Assembly (NCBI RefSeq): GCF_001194135.2
Contig: NC_068984.1
Location: forward strand, 100,723,386-100,765,793
Length of the DNA: 42,408 bases
Source of the DNA: Octopus bimaculoides
Lineage: Eukaryota
Direction of reading: 5' to 3'
Both the position numbers and the translations under genes were made by a program. How positions within the stretch are numbered: the stretch's first letter is position 1; each line of letters begins with the position of its first letter. The notes beneath the pieces are model-generated. The model saw only the letters and a list, made by a program, of their open reading frames with translations, had not been told where the DNA came from and ran no database searches. Positions 35,680-42,408 of the stretch are shown here, piece after piece.

Positions 35680-37050
35680 ACATCAACAACAACACAAGCA
35701 ACCGCAGCAATAACAAAGGGAAACACAAGCATTAAGATGAACTGAATCAGTGGCACAAAATAACAGCTAAAGTAACAGCAATGAGAAGCGTATTAAAGGA
35801 ATATAGCACGTCACCATCGACGACGACGACAGCAAGAACAACAACAAGAGGTACAGGAACCTCGGCAGCAATAACAAACTGCAACAACTACAAGAGTAAT
35901 GGCAACAGGAGAAACACTTACAAGAACAACGAAAGCTACAACGACAACAACAACAACAATGACTACAACAGCAATGACAAGAACAACAACAAAAACCTCA
36001 GCAACAACAACAACGAAAACAACAACGACGATAGCAATAATGACAATAACAACAACAACAATGACTACAACAGGAACAACAACAACAACAGAATCGACAA
36101 CAACAATGACAGCAACAACAATGACTACAACAGCAATAATGACAAAAACAACAACAACAACAACAACAGCTACAACAACGACAAAAATCTCAACAACAAC
36201 AATAACAAAAACAAGAAGAACCTCAGCAACAACAACAACAATAACAATGATAATAACAATGACTACAACAGCAGCAACAACAACAACAACAACAACAGCA
36301 GCAGCTGCAACAACTGCAACGACCACAACAGCAACAACAAAAGCAAGTACAATAAGCACAACATCAACTATAGCAACAACAACAACGATATTAACATCAG
36401 TTCGATACCCAGGGTTGGTAAATATCCGAACTTAATTGAAAACATTTGCTTAGAGCAAATTTCCCACCACCACCACCACCACATCCTTCACCGCTTCATC
36501 TTTCATCTCCATAGCAACATCAAAATCTTCTATCTCCGCCACCAATTCTGCAAACACCAATACCATTGCCTTCACTAACACTACCAGCACACCGCCGTCA
36601 TTGCCACCATCATGTCTATCACCGTCCCTATAGTACCATTATTTCAACCTCCGCCGCCACCAAGACCGCCAGCACCACCATCACCACCACTACTATTATT
36701 ACCACCACCATTACCATCACCACTCTTGTAGTTAGTTTGTTCAGCAAGTGGGATGCTGTGCTCCTCCGCATCTCCGCTTGTTGCCTCTTTCTCTCTCTGC
36801 CACCCCATGAGAACACCTTCTCTCTTGAGTCGGCTCATCATCTCCCTTAACAAAAGAAAAGAAAATAACAAGAAATCCACACACGTTTGGAGACGAACAT
36901 ACGTACATTTACGCATAGACATAGAGAAACGTACGCATATGTAAAGGTGGTAGTTGTGGTGACGGTCGTGATAGTGATGATGACAATGGTAGCGATGGTG
37001 ATAGAGGTGCTGGTGGTCATGATGGTTATGGTGGTGGAGGTAGTGAGGCT
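35495..37050. repeat. Compound trinucleotide repeat field: (CTA)n, (ATC)n, long degenerate (AAC)n, (CCA)n, (GGT/GAT)n
   Basis: Directly visible; gives rise to poly-N/T/V ORFs. Confidence 0.95.
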
Positions 37051-37718
37051 CTGATCATATTGTGGAAGCATATATAAGACATCCTCCTTCCCTCTTTTTT
37101 CGTGTTATATGATGTAAGTCAACTAAACTGTAAACATTAATTAGAATTCGCCCTCTGGACGCGACTGAAAACAGACGGTGTCCTCTGGATCTTATCTAAA
37201 ACAGCAGCAACAACAACAATCAGTAAAAACAACCACCCACAATGAATCTCCAAAGAGGAGTAGAGGTTTCTTACACTGGAGAAAATTTTGGCTACTAAAA
37301 CTAGCAACCAGATCTTCCTCGGATCCAACCTTGATTGTAAAAAGTTTCGAGTATTTTTCTTCTCTCCGCTGAGCACAAATCACATCGTTGGCTTCCATTC
37401 CATTTATGTAATGATTGGACTTACCCATGATTTTCCAATCAGTCAGAAGTTTGAGCCTTTTTCTTTTAATTGTTAGATTTATTCGAATGATTTTCTGCTT
37501 CTTTTTCTTAATATACGTGAAAGAGGATGAGTGACTATAACTTAATTTTGTAGAAATTTCTTTTCAGTCACGCAATATTTAAATGCCTCTTTTCAACCTA
37601 CTTTTACGTTGAAGGGAGCCACCGCATTAAAGCTCTACCTTAAAGTAGCATGCGAACGTTGCATAGAAGTGAGAGGCGAAAAATTAGTGTGTGTGTGTAC
37701 ATATATATAATGTATATC

Positions 37719-37916
37719 AAGGCGGCGAGCTGGCAGAAACGTTAGCTGTTACGTTCTGAGTTCAAATTCCGCCGAGGTCGACTTTGCCTTTCATCCTTTC
37801 GGGGTCGATAAATAAAGTACCAGTTACGCACTAGGGTCGATGTAATCGACTCAATCCCTTTGTCTGTCCTTGTTTGTCCCCTCTATGTTTAGCCCCTTGT
37901 GGGCAATAAAGAAATA
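37719..37916 (+). mobile_element. SINE family B, long-tail variant with internal head deletion
   Basis: GGCGGCGAGCTGGCAGAAACGTTAGC joined directly to TTACGTTCTGAGTTCAAATTCC; tail as in 25391-25624. Confidence 0.9.
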
Positions 37917-37959
37917 TATATATAATGTATATGTACATGTGTGTGTGTGTGTGTGGAAT

Positions 37960-38246
37960 AATAACTGAAATGAGAAATAAGGAAAGCTTCCAGCAATGTA
38001 GCAAGTTAAAAAGAACAAGCCTATCTTCAGAAAAATACACCCAAAGAAATGTATGCTTACATAGATCCTGCCATTTTGGATAGCCCCCTGAACAGTGACC
38101 TCATTTTAGTCTGGTGCTTTTGCTAGTACAGCAGCTCCTCCAATGCTGGTATCGTCGATGCCCTAGAGGTCACATTTGAAGACAGTGGTGAAATACTGGC
38201 TGTAGGTCAGCAGCTGTTATGAAGGCGGTTGTTCATGGCTAGGAAT

Positions 38247-38293
<47 letters not shown>

Positions 38294-38570
38294 CGGTGAT
38301 GCTGTTGTATACATCGACGTTGTTGGCGATGGTGGCAAATGTCAGGATAACAATGAGTAATAGTGTTGGTGGTGCATGTTCCTGTAAAAGTCGTTGGCAG
38401 AATATTTAGTGGCTCACTGCACATCAGGCTACGCAAAATGTCAGGATCTATGTAAACATATATTTTTTTGACTGTATCCTCTTGAAGATAGTCTCTGTGC
38501 CCGAAATATAAAGGTTTTTTAAAACTTTCTATACTGTTAGAAGCTTTCCTCATTTTTCATTTCATTTATT
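37960..38570. repeat. Foldback element of the same family as 18481-18732 (arms 37960-38108 and 38401-38570)
   Basis: Arms are imperfect reverse complements; shared GGAAAGCTTC and TTACATAGATCCTG motifs. Confidence 0.82.
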
Positions 38571-38694
38571 AACTCTACTTATGTACTACATTGCTTCAAG
38601 CGAGCTACAATGTTCTATATATTGGAGTCTGACGAGTCGTCTATATGGATGCGAGACCATTGGTCATTCTATGACCGTCCGTATAATTAACTTC

Positions 38695-38744
<50 letters not shown>

Positions 38745-39394
38745 NNNNNNNNNNNNNNNNNNNNNNNNNNNNNNNNNNNNNNNNNNNNNNNNNNNNNNNN
38801 NNNNNNNNNNNNNNNNNNNNNNNNNNNNNNNNNNNNNNNNNNNNNNNNNNNNNNNNNNNNNNNNNNNNNNNNNNNNNNNNNNNNNNNNNNNNNNNNNNNN
38901 NNNNNTATATATATAAATATACATTCATAATATTATTACAAATTTGGGATTTTACCAATAGAACCGCAACTCGTATTTCAGGATAACCTTGTTGTATGGA
39001 ATACACATAGAAAGTTATATCCAAAAATTTTTAATATATATATATTTACGTATGTATGTATATATGTATGTATGTATGTATTTATTTATGTATAGTGGAT
39101 TCTTCCATCGATTTCCAGGTATGACGGTCTAACAGTCAGCTTTTAGACTATCCGTACAGGTGAATTGTCTGAGGAGAAAGCGTGTGTAGGGCCAGTCTCA
39201 CTTTTTGGGAATGCTGATAGAAAGTTGGTGCAAATGCTTGTTGCAAACCCAATGAACAACATGACTCAGGCTTTTCTATTAAGGTTCTCTATTAGGGTTC
39301 TCTATCTCCTAGGTTTATTACTCTTTCCACAATTTAAAATCCATCTGTCTGTCTGTCTGTCTGTCTCTCTCTCATTATATATATACATGCATAT

Positions 39395-39658
39395 ATATAT
39401 GTATGGTGGTTGTCTACTCCTTACACAGAGTTTGACCACCTCCTGCACCTACACCTTAGCCCGTTCATGGCGTCTGATGTGGCTTTTTAAACCAGACAGT
39501 GTTTTGAAAAAACACCCACACAGATTGCACCTCTGATTTGCACTACCAATACCTGCAAGTAAGTTCTGCTCATTGTGGATCCTAACATGTCTTTTAAGAC
39601 CCCCATTGGATTTGCAAACCCTCTGGCACACGCCACGTTCAAACGTGTGCACATATAT
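39395..39658 (-). mobile_element. Second RTE 3' end (zinc-finger tail)
   Basis: ORF 39449-39652: CQRVCKSNGGLKRHVRIH..CNLCGCFFKTLSGLKSHIRRH, homologous to fingers 2-3 of 32916-33464. Confidence 0.82.
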
Positions 39659-40333
39659 ANNNNNNNNNNNNNNNNNNNNNNNNNNNNNNNNNNNNNNNNN
39701 NNNNNNNNNNNNNNNNNNNNNNNNNNNNNNNNNNNNNNNNNNNNNNNNNNNNNNNNNNNNNNNNNNNNNNNNNNNNNNNNNNNNNNNNNNNNNNNNNNNN
39801 NNNNNNNNNNNNNNNNNNNNNNNNNNNNNNNNNNNNNNNNNNNNNNNNNNNNNNNNNNNNNNNNNNNNNNNNNNNNNNNNNNNNNNNNNNNNNNNNNNNN
39901 NNNNNNNNNNNNCCTTAACGCTTGTATTCTTATTCGCATACCCGGCAAACCTCGTTACCTCCCGTGAAATATATATAAAACGTTTTTCAGCTTATCGCAC
40001 TTCGATTCGAAAAAATCCAAATTCTTCTGCCTCCATAAACCACTATTATTCCTAACTTTCTTCCTAGTCTTCGATCCTTGGCTCTTATATATATATATAT
40101 ATGTATATATAATTTTTCAAAGTAAACTATGTAATCGTTACTAATATAGCAGGAGATTTCACCGCAAAAAAATCTAAATTAGACGCCTTAGGGATCGTTT
40201 TCCTTGTTTATATATCTGTTTAAATATAGCTTTATACAGAAATGTTGACATAGGAATAAATAACATTGATATGGATATTAGCGTCAAATCTCTCTCTTAA
40301 ATGTAAAAATTTAAAACTTTGGATATATGTGTG

Positions 40334-40372
<39 letters not shown>

Positions 40373-40379
40373 AGAGATG

Positions 40380-41327
40380 CATTCCGTAAAGTTATTCTTC
40401 TATATGATATAGCTATTTTCTACCTTCATTCACATTGAAACTGAATCTTTCAATTCTCCTTCTTCAGTTATTACATGTTTTTAAGAACCATGCTTTTCAC
40501 ATGCCCAACGTCATGTAGGAGCACCACGTGTGGTAGCAAATGCAAATCTTTTTGCTTATGCACCCCGAAATAATACGAAAATCATTGTTTATAAAGAAAT
40601 ATTCACTCTTAATGCAACATGAATACTTCAGTAACTTAATTTGCCATAACTGTCATTACATTCAAGAATGACTAAATTACCTAACTGCATTATATAATTG
40701 CCACTACTGTATTAATAAATAAAATAACACATACAGCTAGTTTATTATTGTCATATAATAAACAAAAAGAAGTTCGTGCATGAAATCCATCTTTTTTCTA
40801 CTTAAATTATTACATGTTTTTCTCATAAAACATACACACATACAGGAGGAGTAAATCTAAATCTGTAGTGGTAGTCTCACCCTGGTTCAGATTCGAAACA
40901 TTATGTAGGAGCATCTCGTGTGGGAGTAAAAGCAAATCTTTTTGCTTTTGTACCCCGAAATAAAACAAAGAACATTGTTTATAAGGAAATATTCACTCTT
41001 AATGCAACATGAATACTTCAATGACTAAATTTGCCATTACTATCATTACATTCAAGAATGAAATCGATCTTTTTTCAACTTTATTACATGTCTTTCTCTT
41101 ATAAAATACACACATACAGGAGGTTCATATATGAAATTGATCTGTTTTCTTCTTCCGCTATTACATATTTTTGTCTTATAAAAAATATACGCAGCTATTA
41201 CATATTTTTCTCTTATAAAAATACACACATACAGGAGGAGTACATTATATATATAATAATACTTTGAATGTGTCTCCTGAGAAACAGTAAAAGTAATTAC
41301 CCGATCAGCGACGGATATTACTGCTAG
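40380..41327 (+). mobile_element. Helitron 3' end with tandemly duplicated helicase C-terminus and intact hairpin/CTAG terminus
   Basis: PCFSHAQRHVGAPRVVANANLFAYAPRNNTKIIVYKEI (~40490-40610) and HYVGASRVGVKANLFAFVPRNKTKNIVYKEI (~40900-41000); end CCGATCAGCGACGG-ATATTACTG-CTAG|T. Confidence 0.82.
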
Positions 41328-41332
41328 TATAT

Positions 41333-41468
41333 ATAGATGTTTTTGATCTAGTTTGGATTCTTTGCCATCAAATTTGCATTCTTTGCCATCAAATTTGAAT
41401 TCTTTGCAATCAAATTTGATGGCAAAGAATTCAAATTTGATGGTAAAGAATCCAAACTAGATTGAAAA

Positions 41469-41475
<7 letters not shown>
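41333..41475. repeat. Near-perfect palindrome built from a 21-bp unit
   Basis: ATTCTTTGCCATCAAATTTG(A/C) three times forward, then twice inverted, with inverted outer flanks. Confidence 0.92.
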
Positions 41476-41536
<61 letters not shown>

Positions 41537-41547
41537 ATAATAATAAT

Positions 41548-41975
41548 AAACACAAATTTTGTTAAATACAGGTAACCAGGATTTCCTCGTCTAAAAAATG
41601 TTGTCAAAGAAAAACCAGGACGGATACAACTTCGCACCAGTGCCGTTACAGAAGTTGCCGGAACAAATACAATGTTGAGTTTCCTTAAGGACAATAGTTC
41701 ATGATTTATAGTAGGTGTACCGACAAAAATGTCATCTCCATTCCCAATTTTGATTCCTCGTAATTTTCAGAAAAACGAGTAATTTTTAATGAGATTTTCT
41801 ACGACTACTATTCAGGTGGTGTAGGTTTTGATAATCTCGGATTTGTTTAAACTTTATCTGTTCAAAAGACAATTGACAAATTGTCTTGCTCTTAGCTTGA
41901 AAAATGGCGAAATAAATCATTATTATTTCAACCAGGAAAACCTGGGTAGCTGTATTTAACAAGATTTGTGGGTTT
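41548..41975. mobile_element. MITE-like element with ~38-bp terminal inverted repeats
   Basis: AAACACAAATTTTGTTAAATACAGGTAACCAGGATTT versus the reverse complement of AAAACCTGGGTAGCTGTATTTAACAAGATTTGTGGGTTT. Confidence 0.65.
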
Positions 41976-42408
41976 TTTTTATAATAACATTATCTTTACT
42001 CTCTTAGATGATCGAGTGTTCTTCTACTTGTTGAAGCAGTACCACGTTATGTGTGTGTGTGTGCTTGCGTGTGCCTGTGTCTGTGTGCGTGTGTGTGTGT
42101 GTGTATAGATATAGATATATAGTTAGATGCACATACACACTCGTACACACACACAAACACACACACACAAACACACACAGACAAACACACACACACAAAC
42201 ACACACACATTAACACACAAACAAACACACATTCACACACACACACACACTTATGCATATACTCTCATCCTTTTGGCGCCTGCATGATCATATTAAGTAA
42301 GAAGCTTTGAGAGTAGTGACAGAATAAATCATAACATGTAACAAATAAACGTTGCATGCGTATGTACTTTCCTCACGTTGTTATATATATATATATATAT
42401 ATATATAT

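Noticed and set aside
1-42408. Hammerhead or HDV ribozyme cores near the Penelope and RTE elements
   Set aside because: CTGATGA hits (e.g. ~10105, ~24492) lack the paired GAAA and helices by eye; a covariance-model search would be needed

Overview
AT-rich, repeat-dominated animal genomic DNA with 13 N-gaps, many flanked by microsatellites. The SINE families and repeat landscape match what I recall from Octopus (cephalopod) assemblies; this is inferred and not verified. No intact, recognisable host gene is present. The window is mostly a set of decayed or nested mobile elements: a Penelope-like element (RT + GIY-YIG), Helitron pieces (an internally deleted RepHel, a non-autonomous copy and a tandemly duplicated 3' end), a hAT-type element with a perfect 8-bp TSD, Tc1 and Tigger/pogo transposase remnants, a Chapaev3-like transposase pseudogene, two R4/Dong-like RT remnants, a Tx1/L1-like endonuclease fragment, two RTE 3' ends carrying extra C2H2 zinc fingers, and about 15 copies of tRNA-derived SINEs. 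The most unusual structures are hairpin-forming: an inverted, partly triplicated tRNA-Thr-like gene unit (32.0-32.6 kb), a foldback family present twice (18.5 kb and 38 kb), and a 21-bp-unit palindrome (41.3-41.5 kb). A few candidate exons with splice signals were seen but could not be assigned to a known gene.
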